Source: Octopus vulgaris
Taxonomy: Eukaryota
DNA: 64,000 nucleotides
Reading direction: 5' to 3'
NCBI GenBank assembly: GCA_951406725.2
Contig: OX597827.1
Coordinates: forward strand, 76,012,001-76,076,000
Below the pieces are notes generated by a model. That model was not told the origin of the DNA and searched no databases. It saw only the letters and a list, made by a program, of their open reading frames with translations. Within the stretch, counting starts at the first letter, position 1. Each line of letters begins with the position of its first letter. The translations under genes were made by a program, and so were the position numbers. Positions 45,283 through 57,939 of the stretch are shown piece by piece.

Positions 45283-46006
45283 ATTATTAAAAAAAAATTT
45301 GTTTGTTATTGACTATATTCTGTTCACCTGCCCATCTTCTTTAATTCACCCTTTCAGTAATACAATGGCTGAGGGACACAAATTTATAAGAAGTATAAGC
45401 CAACTGGATCGACCCTGGTAACTTACTTTTTCCACACCAAAATAATGAATGACATTAGACTATAAATACAGTAACGCATTTAGTCCAGTGGCAGACAAAG
45501 CTACACTGATGGATGTAAGATGAGGAATAGTAGTGCTGTGTATAGGAGTCTGCAGAAAATACCAGTCTGCTGGTCAGCTATTGTACTACTTCGTCATTGT
45601 TGTGTTATTGGATTAATGGCCAAGACACTTAACATGGAAATAGCCTTCTCTACCTATCTGTAGACAGACACTGATGTGATGGTGGAATTTTCTCTCTGTA
45701 GGCAGTAGTGGGATTACTGTAAAATTGATGAGTGTTTCGTTAGCTTGTAAGGGCTTCAAACTTGTCCCTTGGTTTCAACACCACCAGATGACCTGGTGGG
45801 GCTTTAGCAGAGTTCACTCTCTTGTAACATTCAGGCTGACCAGCCCCCCTTGGTTCCCTCTCCAACCATGCTTTTCCTGCGTCCATTGACTTGCAGAGGT
45901 TCAAGCTGGAGACCAACCACATCAGTTGCAGCATCCAGGGATTATCTACAAAGGTCATGGCCATTGCATGTCCCACCTCTTAGCCAACATATTTATTCAA
46001 GTATCA

Positions 46007-46217
46007 CCCTTTGGCATTCAATTTATTCTGTCAAATCTTCTGCTTATTTATTCACATTGTTTTCACTTAATCATGCATCATCTCATAGCTTCAAGATTTC
46101 AATGATGTGATTGTTTATCTTTAGAATGACACTGTAGGTTAGGTGTAAGAGGTTGGATCTGGCCAGTTTTGAACATAAAACATGTAAAATATTTGGGCCA
46201 GTTTAAATGCTAAAGGG
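46007..46217. mobile_element. piggyBac-type MITE family 1
   Basis: CCCTTTGGCATT ... AATGCTAAAGGG|TTAA; other copies at 50394-50610 and 61886-62072. Confidence 0.8.
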
Positions 46218-46483
46218 TTAATGTAAGAAATTTAACACAAAACACCAAGGTGGGGGGAGCATTATACTTGAATATAATTGTTTCAAATTTTAGCAAAGCC
46301 AGCAATTTTAAGAGAAGGGAGTTTTGCTCAACTGGTACTTATTTTATCTACCCTAGAAGGATGAAGGGCAAAGTCAGCCTCAAAACTTCAAAGAGCCCGA
46401 AAATATGCTGTGAAGTATGTTTGTCCACCATGCTGACAAATCTGTCAGCTCATTGCCTTTTACTTGAACATAAAAATACAAAA

Positions 46484-47022
46484 CATCATCATCATCATCA
46501 TCGTTTAACGTCCGTTTTCCATGCTAGCATGGGTTGGACGGTTCGACCGGGGTCTGGGAAGCCAGGAGGCTGCACCAGGCTCCAGTCTGATCTGGCAGTG
46601 TTTCTACAGCTGGATGCCCTTCCTAATGCCAACCACTCCATGAGTGTAGTGGGTGTTTTTTCCGTGCCATCGGCACAGGGGCCAGAGGTGGCTGGCAAAC
46701 GGCCACGATTGGTTGGTGCTTTTACGTGTTACTGACACGGATGTCAGTCAGGCAGCGCTGGCATCTGCCACATTCGGACGGTGCTTTTTATGTGTCACCA
46801 GCACGGGTATCTTAACTACAATTTCCATTTGATTTTTATTTTGATGTTGGTGTTGATGTACTTGACTCAATAGGCCTCCTCAAGAACAGAGGGTCACTCT
46901 ACGATCCAAGGTTAGCACAGCAGGCCGTCCTGCGAGCCATGAACTCTCTTCATTTGTCGGGTCGTCTTCAGTCACAGCATATCTCTGAGGTCTCAGTCTT
47001 CATCATTTCCTCTGTGAGGCCC
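46484..47022 (-). mobile_element. RTE ORF end plus full 3'UTR
   Basis: Reverse complement aligns with about 1548-2086 of the + RTE copy. Confidence 0.9.
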
Positions 47023-47423
47023 TGCATGCCACCGGCACATGTATCACAACTACAACATTCATACGATATAAGTATATTACAGATAAAGTATAATTCTGAT
47101 TTGCAGGTAGGAAAAGTGAGTGTTCTATTATATTTGCGACTGCATTATCCTGGAGTAATTACAGGATTTGCTATAAGAAAAAAATTAAAATTGTTTAAAT
47201 GCTAAGTTAGAAATTGGTGAATTCCACCATGTTTGACATTCCCTAGATACATCTGCTGTGTTGTCTTCAGTGTGTGATAAAGCTTATGAGACTAACTCTA
47301 TCACTGCCAACCTCACTGCCAGCTGTGTGTGTGTGTGTGCGCTACATCCACTCACAGCTGACCCTTCCAAAAGTAGAATGATACTTAATCCCTTGTATAA
47401 ACTCACATTTCTTCCTCACCTTG

Positions 47424-47454
<31 letters not shown>

Positions 47455-47592
47455 CACTTTCCCCTTTCTCTTATCCTGTGTGAATGTGTACATGTGCACG
47501 GACACAAGCACACGCACACACATATGCACTCACATGCAGAGCAGCATCATGGCAGCTGTCTGTTTGCTGGCCATAGCTCAAGGTTGTCACTT

Positions 47593-47697
<105 letters not shown>

Positions 47698-48000
47698 GCA
47701 CACACACACACACAGAGTATAATATAGTATCTCTCCACCCTCTTCTGTTAAGTAACTATTAACAGTTGTTGTTCTAAGCCATAAAAAGAAGCAAATTTTT
47801 AAATAATCTCTGATGTTTGTAAACCTACCAAATAGCTAAGAGTTAACCATTTAGCTACATTGGTTTGAAATTCCGAGATGAGAAATTCACATTATCATAT
47901 ACAAATGTATTCAGGCCAATATCTTGTTACACATACATCTACAACGGTTGGCTGAAAAGTTCATAGGCTGACCAAACTACACTCATGTAATGTAAGCAAA

Positions 48001-48428
48001 TCATCATCATCGTTTAGTGTCCGCTTTCCATGCTAGCATGGGTTGGACGGTTCACCTGGGGTCTGGGAAGCCAGAAGGCTGCACCAGGCCCAGTCTGATC
48101 TGGCAATGTTTCTACGGCTGGATGCCCTTCCTAACGCCAACCACTCCATGAGTGTAGTGGGTGCTTTTACGTGCCACCGGCACAGGTGCCAGACGAGGCT
48201 GGCAAACGGCCACGATCGGATGGTGCTTTTTACGGGTCACCGGCACGGGGGCCAGGCGAGGCTGGTAACGGCCACGAACGGATGGTGCTTTTTACGTGCC
48301 ACCGGCACGGGGGCCAGGCAAGGCTGGTAACGGCCACGATCGGATGGTGCTTTTTACGTGCCACCTGCACGGGGGCCAGGCGAGGCTGGTAACGGCCACG
48401 AACGGATGGTGCTTTTTACGTGCCACCA
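48001..48428 (-). mobile_element. RTE 3'UTR with 4-5 highly homogeneous ~60-bp repeats
   Basis: Unit approximately GGATGGTGCTTTTTACGTGCCACCGGCACGGGGGCCAGGCGAGGCTGGTAACGGCCACGA at 48160-48428. Confidence 0.92.
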
Positions 48429-48751
48429 GTCGGGGCAGCGCTGAGATTTTATTTTTCAACATAGTCACAGTATTTTGGCCATCATATTCCCTGGCCTTCT
48501 TCCGGTACCTGCCATATTCTGTAGACATTCTCAGAATTTTCTGTTACCTCCTGCCAGAGGCATCCTTGTATTACTCTCAAACCAAACCCTTTAGTCTGTT
48601 GTGTCTGGTAGAACTGTTCTTGTATTGTTCTTGATGTTGCTTGTTCCACTTGAACCAGACTTTCTCTCTCTATACACACACACACACGTAAGCACAGAGA
48701 TACAAAACAAGATGGGAAAAACAGTAATCAAATATCAAAAGTAGAGTACTC

Positions 48752-49096
48752 TTTTTTCTTTTTACTCTTTTTACTTGTTTCAGTCATTTGCCTGCGGCCA
48801 TGCTGGAGCACCGCCTTTAGTCGAGCAAATCGACCCCGGGACTTATTCTTTGTAAGCCCAGTACTTATTCTATCGGTCTCTTTTGCCGAACCGCTAAGTT
48901 ACGGGGACGTAAACACACCAGCATCGGTTGTCAAGCAATGCTAGGGGAACAAACACAGACACAAAAACATATTCACACACACTTATATATATATATACAT
49001 ATATACGATAGGCTTCTTTCAGTTTCCGTCTACCAAATCCACTCACAAGGCATTGGTCGGCCCGGGGCTATAGCAGAAGACACGTGTCCAAGATGC
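48752..49096 (-). mobile_element. 5'-truncated SINE family A flanked by a 51-bp direct repeat
   Basis: Direct repeat at 48693-48743 and 49097-49147 with one mismatch. Confidence 0.9.
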
Positions 49097-49234
49097 CACA
49101 GAGATACAAAACAAGGTGGGAAAAACAGTAATCAAATATCAAAAGTACTCCTGCACCTATATATACTATTTTATTAAAGCTGAAAGAAAATCTTCACAAA
49201 TTGCTACTCAGAAATTCTACTTTGATAAAATAAT

Positions 49235-49570
49235 TCTTTTACTTGTTACAGTCAGTTAACTGTGGCCATGCTGGAGCACCGCCTTTTAGTCAAAGAAATC
49301 GACCCCTGGACTTATTCTTTGTAAGCCTGGTGCTTATTCTATTGGTCTCTTCTGCTGAACCGCTAAGTTACAGTGACGTAAACACACCAACATCGGTTGT
49401 CATGCGATGGTAGGGGGACAAACACAGACACACACAAAAGCTTTTCTCTGTCGTGTATGCTAACTGACATTACACATCCAGCGGATCATGCTAGCTTCAT
49501 TTCTTTCAAGCCTACGCATGTCCTCCGCAGTCATGGCCCATGTTTCTTTGTCGTGAAGCATGGCAGTGAT
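49235..49570 (-). mobile_element. SINE family A 3' half (49235-49435) abutting an RTE RT fragment (49445-49570)
   Basis: The RTE piece is nearly identical to 6117-6237. Confidence 0.85.
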
Positions 49571-49711
49571 CGGCCATACCAGATTCTTCTGTCCTCACAC
49601 AGATTACTGCTTTAGTCTGTTCCTCGCTTTTAGGTGGCAGGTGGGCTCACCTTTATATTCTCTACCACAACTGCCTGAAATAAAACAGTTCTTGGTCATA
49701 AACTCTTCTGA

Positions 49712-49933
49712 TGGCAGAAAAGTTAGCACCCTGGGTGAAATGCTTAGCGGTATTTCGTCTGCCACTACGTTCTGAGTTCAAATTCCACCGAGGTCGACTT
49801 TGCCTTTCATCCTTTCGGGGTCGATAAATTAAGTACCAGTTACGCACTGGGATCGATGTAATCGACTTAATCCGTTTGTCTGTCCTTGTTTGTCCTCTCT
49901 GTGTTTAGCGCCTTGTGGGTAGTAAAGAAATAG
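49712..49933 (+). mobile_element. SINE family C
   Basis: GGCAGAAAAGTTAGCAC..TTCTGAGTTCAAATTCC..GCCTTTCATCCTTTCGGGGTCGATAAATTAAGTACCAG. Confidence 0.9.
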
Positions 49934-50393
49934 GAAGCTTTGTTCAAGAGTAATGTCTCAGGAGGGTAGACCAACTTTTGAATACTCTTCTGATGTTGTT
50001 TGATTGCAGATTTTTTGAAATTTTATCCAACAAGTTTTTACTGTAAAATAGATTGTGGTAGTTTTTATAGCCAGCATTCTTGACCTTTTTATCTCTGATG
50101 CAGTGCTTGCAGTTTAGTCATTATTTAGAAAAGTCTTTTTAATGTTGATCACATCTTGCTGGGTGGCCACTAATGAGTTGTGCTTGATGCTGTAGGCCAA
50201 CGATGATTTCTTTCTTCACATTATGGATAGAAAGCAATTAAGATAAAACAAATGAAAGACTCAGGGCATGAGCTGGGCTCTTGATAACCTCCTCTGTAGG
50301 CCTAGCAGGGAGAGAAAAACACCTTTTGGGAGCCCTTTTTATTAAGAAAGACTATTAAGTAGTCTATGGCCATGGAAATAAAAATAGGTTGAA

Positions 50394-50610
50394 CCCTTTA
50401 GCATTCAGTTTACTCTGTCAAGTGTAATGCTTATTTCTTCACATTGTTTTGAATTAATCATGAATAATCTTAACTTCAAAATTTTGAGGATGTGATAGTT
50501 TATTTTTAGAATGACATTGTAGGGTAGGTGTAAGAGGTTGAATCTGGCCAGTTTGAACATAAAGCAGGTAGAATATTTTTGCCGGATATGGCTGGTTAAA
50601 GTGTTAAAGT
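50394..50610. mobile_element. piggyBac-type MITE family 1, diverged
   Basis: CCCTTTAGCATTCAG start; body homologous to 46007-46217. Confidence 0.75.
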
Positions 50611-50725
50611 TTCTAATTTCCATCACCTAATTGTCCCACAGGACAATGGTATAGTGCATATATAATGTTACTGTTGTAGTTTACCTCGTGGGTATGTGTT
50701 TAATTTCTGGATCATCATCATTTAA

Positions 50726-51204
50726 CCCTTTCGTTACCAACCCAGCTGAAACTGCCTCTGGCTCTGTAGTACAAATGTTTTGTTTTCATAAGTTCTGAAT
50801 TAAAATCTTCCACCAAACCTTAGTCACAATTTATGTTCCTAACACTAGCTTAATGATAACTAAGTTATTTTACTAAATTCTTTGTTATATTTAAAATTAA
50901 TTGAAAGAAACACAGAGCATCTCAACAGAAATACGGTAACAAAAGGGCTAAAATATATAATAGAGAAGCAATTCTTAACCCTTTTGATACCAACCTGGCT
51001 GAAACCACCTCTGGCTCTGTAGTATAAATAATTGTCTTGTTTTCAAATGTTTTGAATTAAAATCTTCCACCAAACCTTAGTCACAATTTATGTCCCTAAC
51101 ACTAGCTGAATGATAACCAAGTTATCTTACTAAATTCTTTGTTATACTTAAAATTAATTGAAAGAAACACAGAGCATCTCAAAATAAATACAGTAATGAA
51201 AGGG
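50726..51204. mobile_element. Two adjacent piggyBac-type MITE family 2 copies (50726-50947 and 50979-51204)
   Basis: TTAA|CCCTTT...AAAGGG|CTAA and TTAA|CCCTTT...AAAGGG|TTAA; highly similar bodies. Confidence 0.88.
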
Positions 51205-52185
51205 TTAATGCTGAGATGGCTAGGGCAGTTTAACAGGATCCTACAAGTCAGAGGACTGTCTGTTTAGGCAAGGTTTCTGTGGTTGAATGCCCTTTTTTTT
51301 TACCAACCACTCTACGGAGGGTGCTGGCTCCTTTTTTTCCCCAGACACCAACACTTGTGTGCTAAGTAACATCTTTGATAGTGTGAGGATGTAATACTGA
51401 GGAAGATGGCTTGTGCCAGGTGTTGATATGCTGCAATGTGATAGAGTGTCTTCAACAGGTGTCTTATTGTAGAGATGAGGTATGATGGTATCCTGATCAA
51501 TGAGACATATGGTCAGAGTACCACAGATAATAACATTGTGCACTCTTTATTACAGCCTCATGAATGTGATCCCACCATATTTCAAATATGATTAGTCTGT
51601 GTGTGTTTGTGTGCAATTAAAATAGCCCAATAAATAATGGTGTTTCTTGTTCAAGTTTCATCATTGTCTTCATCATCATCATCATCATCATCATCACTGC
51701 CATTGTTGTTTCAGCATATTTTCCCCTATTGGCATTGTTTAGGCAGATCTTCCATAATGGCACATCACCATACATCTTAATCTTTTGTTCCCATCCTGTC
51801 ATCATGGGACCTAGTGATCTCTGGGGTACCAAGCAGAAATCAAACCTAGTCGTACTGCTAAAAGGTGACGCCAGACCACTGTGAGAAGTGAAATTCCAGT
51901 CTACCTATCCAAACCACCTGTTCATATGTTCTGAGGATGTTCCTGGTGGTGCTGGAATTAACTCAGGTACTGCATGGTCCTTCCTTTATCTTCCCTACAG
52001 TTTCCTGCAATGAAACCCACTTAGGGAGGAACAAACTAGAAGTTGGAAGCTGGACAAGCTGTTGAGTACAGTGAACACCAAACCTTGGGGCTGTCAGTGC
52101 ATCTGACCTCCACCAAATAGATAAAACATCTCTGCTGAATGGTTGTAGCCTCTTATTCTGTATAACTTACTATGCCAAGCTGTAT

Positions 52186-52625
52186 TGGCCTTTGCCTTCC
52201 CCTTGGATAACATCGGTGGTGTGGAAATGGGAAGCTGGTATGCATGGACGACTGCTGGTCTTCCTTAAACAACCTTGCCAGGACTTGTGCCTTGTAGGAT
52301 AACTTTCTAGATGCAATCCCATTCATGACCGAAGGGGGTCTTTACCCTATTTACAAGCCCTTACCATAATATACTAAAGGGCTTGAGTAAGACACTTTGT
52401 TTCATGTTGCTCCAGTCCACTCAGCTGGCGAAAATGAGTAGAGCTTGTTTTGCAAAGGGCCAGCTTTGTCAGATTCATTGTGTCATGCTGAATCTCCCTA
52501 AGAACTCCGTTAAGGGTACAAAGAGTCGGTGAAGTGCTCAGCCACTTGTGTTTTAATTTCACAAGCAGGCTGTTCCATTGATTGAATCAACCTGGACACT
52601 CATCATCATAACCAATGGCATGTCC
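52186..52625 (+). mobile_element. Probable LINE 3' end (52186-52350) and SINE fragment (52380-52625)
   Basis: TTACCC-like tail; CTTGAGTAAGACACTTTGTTTCATGTTGCTCCAGTCCACTCAGCTG core also seen at about 40325-40375 (+) and 58525-58580 (-). Confidence 0.5.
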
Positions 52626-53189
52626 AGCCTGTTCTCCCTGCAAATATTCCTAAGATGTTTGTTTTCTTTCTTTTCTTGTTATTTAAAGAACCTTTCAAAA
52701 TAAAATTTGCAAGCTCAAATCCTGACACATGCAGGGAAGCGATTTATATCTTGAGTTGAGGTGATAGGAGACCAGTTGTAAGCTGTGATGGGGTGGGTTA
52801 AATCCATTGCCGCCTGGCCCTTAAATATCTTTATAGTGAGGTACCCTTCAGATCCGGAAACTGATCTGAGGATAGCTTCCTCCCTTCATCCTAACAGTCT
52901 TATAGGGGCTGAGAAAGGTACTGGGTATCTCCTCTCCCCTAATTTAAACATTGTGTATTTGCTCGGCCAACCTCTCAACCATGATTTGGAGGTGAAGTTG
53001 TAAGATGCTGTAATGATAAAAGTGCTGGCATATTTTTGATTGTTTATGGCTGGTGGGACTATTTACTTAGTACAACACATTACAGTCAGGACCTTCTCCC
53101 TATCTAAACCTACCGAGATGCATGGTGGGAGAGGAAAGTGAGGGCTCTTTTGAATTTATTCTTTACAATTTACACATACACACACACTC

Positions 53190-53545
53190 ACATCATCGTC
53201 ATCGTTTAAGGTCTGCTTTCCATGCTGGCATGGGTTGGACGGTTTGGCTGAGGACTGGCAAGCCAGATGGCTTCACCAGGCTCCAATCTGATCTGGCAAG
53301 GGTTCTACAGCTGGATGCCTTCCTCATACCAACCACTCTGAGAGTGTAGTAGGTGCTTTTTACATGCCACCAGCACAAGGGCCAGTCAGGCGGTACTGGC
53401 ATCAACCATGCTCGAATGGTGCTTTTTACATGTCACCAGCTCTAGAGCCAGTGAGGCGGCACTGGCAATGACCAAGCTTGAATGGTGATTTTTTACATAC
53501 CACCAGCATGGGAGCCAGTCAGGCAGTACTGGCAACAACCACACG
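53190..53545 (-). mobile_element. RTE 3'UTR copy, CpG-decayed
   Basis: CATCATCGTCATCGTTTAAGG..CATGGGTTGGACGG plus 3-4 repeat units. Confidence 0.88.
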
Positions 53546-53930
53546 TTTGAATTTACAAATCAAAAGAATAAAGTATCCAGTACTTATAGAAGACTTGCTG
53601 TGAAAAGCAGAAATGTGAAACTAGGAGGGAAGCCTCAGCTCTGTGTCTATGTGTGTGTGCATGCATGTGTGTGTGTGTGTGTGCATGCATACGTGTGTGT
53701 GTGTGTGGCCATGTGACGATACACATGGTTTTCTCCAGACTATCTGCTCCTTCCTCCTTTATCTCCTCTCTGGACATTTTCCCCTTTCCGACAAAGAGCC
53801 ATAATCAAAACATTATTTTTCCATCTAAAATTTTCACTGAGGTTCAATCTAATCTATTCACTGTGTACATCTAATTGACTTTTGTTGTTTCTTTCCTGTT
53901 TTTAATTTTTGATTTACCTATATGTATGTG

Positions 53931-53964
<34 letters not shown>

Positions 53965-55484
53965 TGTATGTATGTATGTATGTATGTATGGATGTATGTA
54001 TGATGTATTTATATATGTATGTATGTATATGTATACCAAAGCAAATGTGAGTTTGACTTGGTAGCATGTACCATATTTTTCGCTAATTATTTTAGATATT
54101 TATGTTATCATAGGTAGACAGTTGGCACTCTTTCAGCCTTCTCACCTTTTGTGGCAGCTGGGAGGGGAATTAGGGAAGTGGTACTCATTTTCAGCTGAGT
54201 TAACCAGGACATTGTGAAGTGAAGTGCCTTACCCAAGGAAACACTGCAACCTTACGACAGTGGTTTCATCTCCCTGACCAGTCGTTGTAAGAAGGGGTTG
54301 GGGATTATTTTCTTGTGGAGTATCCCAGGTTGATCAGAGTTGGTGTAATCAAATCCAGGCTCTACATGATCTAGGGCAAGGGTTCAATACTGACCCCTAG
54401 GGGTCTGTTCTATATATATCTGTCCAAAGGGTCAACAAATACCTAAAATGATTTTTAACATTATGGGTCCTAAATTATTAACAAACTGAATCTAGATTAT
54501 GGATGATTTGAGGCTAAAACTCACTAATTTCTAGCAAAATATTGATGCAATAACTAGCATTCACCAAACACATATTTCACATTAAATATTCCAACCATAT
54601 TCCAACTGAACGTTTATCACTCTTTATCAATTTTGTTAAGTATTTTCATTAAATGTCTTTAAGTTTTTCTTATTAAAAAGTGGCAATGACATTAAAGACA
54701 CAAAGGAATTATTGTTTTTAAATCAAGAATTTTTCTATTAATTATACTTTTTAAATTTTATTTAAAAAATTTTCATGATGGGGTTCAATAAGTTATCAAC
54801 AATTCTATGAGATGTTCAATGCTATAAACAGTTTAGCAACCTCTAATCTAGGTTAATCAAAACCAATCCTTCGTTACTGAGGGCCAGTTTTGATTACTCC
54901 CTAGGAATAGCCAGTACTTTATCTGTGAAGATTCCTGACATGACAATCCAGTCAAACACTATAGTTAGATACTTTTACATGATCCCATTTAATGCTATAA
55001 AGTGGTTGGCATTGGGAAGGGCATCCAGCCATGGAAACCCATTCCAAAAGACAGTGGAGCTTGGTGCAATTTTCTGGTTTGCCAGCTCCTGCCAAACCAT
55101 TCGACCCTTGCTAGCACAGAAGGCAGACTTTAATGATGGTGATTATAGGTTCAAATCCAGGTGTTGGCCTAGCCTTTTTGCCTCCCTGATGGAATAAAAT
55201 ATATGTAACAATAATAAATAGTTCAATGCTATTTGATTGTTTCACAACACAATTCAATAATTTCTTACTTCAAGAAACATGAACAAATGAAATATCATAA
55301 TCACCATCATCATTATCATTTAATGTGCCCTTTTTCCTGCTTGCATGGGACAAACGGAATTTGTTGTGACAGATTTTGTCACAACCGGATGCCCTTCCTG
55401 TCACCAACACTCACCTGTTTCCCAAGCAAGGCAATATTTTCCTATGGCCAAGCATGTTTTCCATGAAAGATTAGGTGCACAAAA

Positions 55485-55880
55485 GCACACACACACATAC
55501 ATATATGATATGCTTCTTTCAGTTTCCATCTACCTAATCCACTCATAAGGCTTTGGTTAGCTTTGGTCTACAGTAGAAGACACTTGCCTAAAGTGCTGTA
55601 AAGTGGGCCTGAACTGAAGACTGCATGGTTGGGAAGCAAGCTTTCCAACCAATATACATACATACATATACATATTCTTTTATTCTTTTACTTGTTTGTG
55701 ATTTTGACTGTGGCCATGCTGGAGCACCGCCTTTTAGTTGAAGAAATCAACGCCTGGACTTACTTTTTATGAGGCTGGTACTTCTTTTATCAGTCTCTTT
55801 TGCTGAACTGCTGAGTTACAGGGATGTAAACACACCAGCATTGGTTGTCAAGCGATGGGTGGGAGACAAATACATACACA
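55485..55880 (-). mobile_element. Two diverged SINE family A halves
   Basis: GCTTCTTTCAGTTTCC..GGTTGGGAAGCAAGC (5' half) and GGCCATGCTGGAGCACCGCC (3' half), both with CpG-to-TpG changes. Confidence 0.8.
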
Positions 55881-57939
55881 TATTTAAATGAATATGATCT
55901 ACACCACATATTGAGTACTTTTTTCCTCATATTGTAAATCTGAACACATGTTGATGAGCTCTAATAAGACTGAAATATATCTGTAGTGTCACTATGTCTG
56001 CTGAAGATCAGACTATCTTTCTTATTCACCAAATATCTTACAATTTTGATTGGGTCACTTTTCAAAGATTTCAGTGGTTTTTTGGTGTTGAGTTATCTCC
56101 CTTCCTTAATCATTAACACTGCAGACCCCCCTCTCTCTCTCTCTCTCTCTCTCTACATGTATGTGTGTGTGTATTTGCTTATAGAATCTCGAGGCTGCCA
56201 GAAATGGCCTGAACTCTTTGCATGAACACCCTCCCTGTACATAACTCCATGTCCCCCTACATGGCCTTGCTTTTTGCTTTCTGAGCCAAAAGATTAACTT
56301 AACTTAACAGTGCCCATGAGCTTTGCAGTCTCACCAAGACTGATACTTTTTAGTGTTCCATTTAAACTGTTACAGGTCAACACCTGGAAAAAAAAGGCAT
56401 GAGCAAGGAAGAGATTCCAGAGGGCTTATGCTTTGGGGAGAAGAAACTGGGTGTAATAGTTGGTATAATGTTGGTGGGAGGCGGGTGGAAACAGCAAGGA
56501 TGATGAGAGGTGGAAATCCTTGCTGGTTGATGTGTGAGACATACCATTTCCAAAGAAATAGCCATTGTACAGCTTTGATAAACTAAGTTATTACGGGATC
56601 ACCGTATTTAATGTGTTAGGGGTTATTTAAACATATACTGTGGGGTGTGTTTGTGTTCATTTACTTGAAACTGAAAATTTTCCATTTCCTAGATAGAGAT
56701 TAAGTAGTGTAAGTAAAAATGAAGTTTGTGAGTTTGGGTGAGTCCATATTCTGCAGGGAGAAGAGGAATCTGACATTTTAGGACTGGTCTTTTGTCCAAG
56801 AGGAAAATGACTTTTTCAGTCCCTGTTCTGAAATATCAGAAATGGCACAGAAACACATCCAAACGCTTCAGCTTCACTGAATAAGATCTCCCAAAACAAA
56901 CCACCACTACCACCCACCTCCACCATTTAACTCAGACCATGATTTGATACTTCTGTCTAAAAATGAAATAACTCTCTTATAAATAGCTTATACGCTTATA
57001 CACCTAACCTTCATGATATCATCTCCGACAAAACCAGTTTTCTGTTTGAAAAGAGTTTATCAAGACGGGAATCAGCTGTTTCGCATTCTTAACTTTTCCT
57101 CTTGTTTTTCTAGTTCTTTTCACTTCAAAACCACAACCTGAGATTTTAAACAGCGTCTGTTTTTGAAGCTTCTATTACAATACACATTTCAAACAGAAAG
57201 GGACATACCCATAGCTTGAGAAAGGTCATTGTGACACAGGGAATAAGGGGACATGGGTGTGTTTGTCACAACTCCTTGTCTGCTTTAGTCAGACATATTA
57301 AGTATGGTACTTGGTCCCTCTTATCCTCATTTGTTACTGGTAATTATTTTGATTAAACCTAAATAAGCTTAGCTGATCATAATGAAATTTGACCATGAAG
57401 CTGTAACTTTCTGACCATTCTTTATTACATCAGAGTGGTGGTAGGGGCCACTTTGCTTGCTTTCTTTCTATGTCCTTTGCTCAAAGTCTCCACCTTACCA
57501 GAATCCCATCAATAGAGAGGCTATTGCTATCCAGGAGCACTGATATCAAATCCAAACAGAACTTTATCTCTTGGTAAAGGTTTTGGGCTTCAGGAATACG
57601 CAGGGCCTTTGCACCTAAGCCAGTGGAGGTAAGGGGCTTTCTTTGGTTCCTGCAATAGCACTAAAGACCCTGCATTGAATTTTATTGGCGAAAGATTTAG
57701 GTTTAATTAACAATTGAAGCTTGCACTTAGGAAAACAAGGTGTTGTTTAAAAAGAAAAGAGAATTTGACTTTGGCTGTTGTTGACCAAATGCTTGAAACT
57801 TAGGAACGTGTCCCTGTACTTAAGTCAGTTGGTAGGTGTTGTTTGAAGTGTGACTTTAGTTAGAAACTCCTTCCATTAGTTAAACTTCATCTTGAGAGGG
57901 GTCCTAGCACTAAAAGCCAGGCTGAGTGAATAGAATATT

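Noticed and set aside
48160-48428. CRISPR-like array of hairpin repeats
   Set aside because: The intervening sequences are homologous to each other, there are no cas genes, and the array is part of the RTE 3'UTR in a eukaryotic context
52840-52915. SRP helix 8 or RNase MRP resemblance (CCGGAAAC, GGGGCT)
   Set aside because: Lacks the SRP AGCAG internal loop and Alu domain, and the MRP/P CR-I motif GAAAGUC
56600-57900. Possible exons or an old TE in unique sequence (acceptor-like TTTTCCTCTTGTTTTTCTAG near 57112)
   Set aside because: No convincing donor, ORF or recognisable motif, so it cannot be supported
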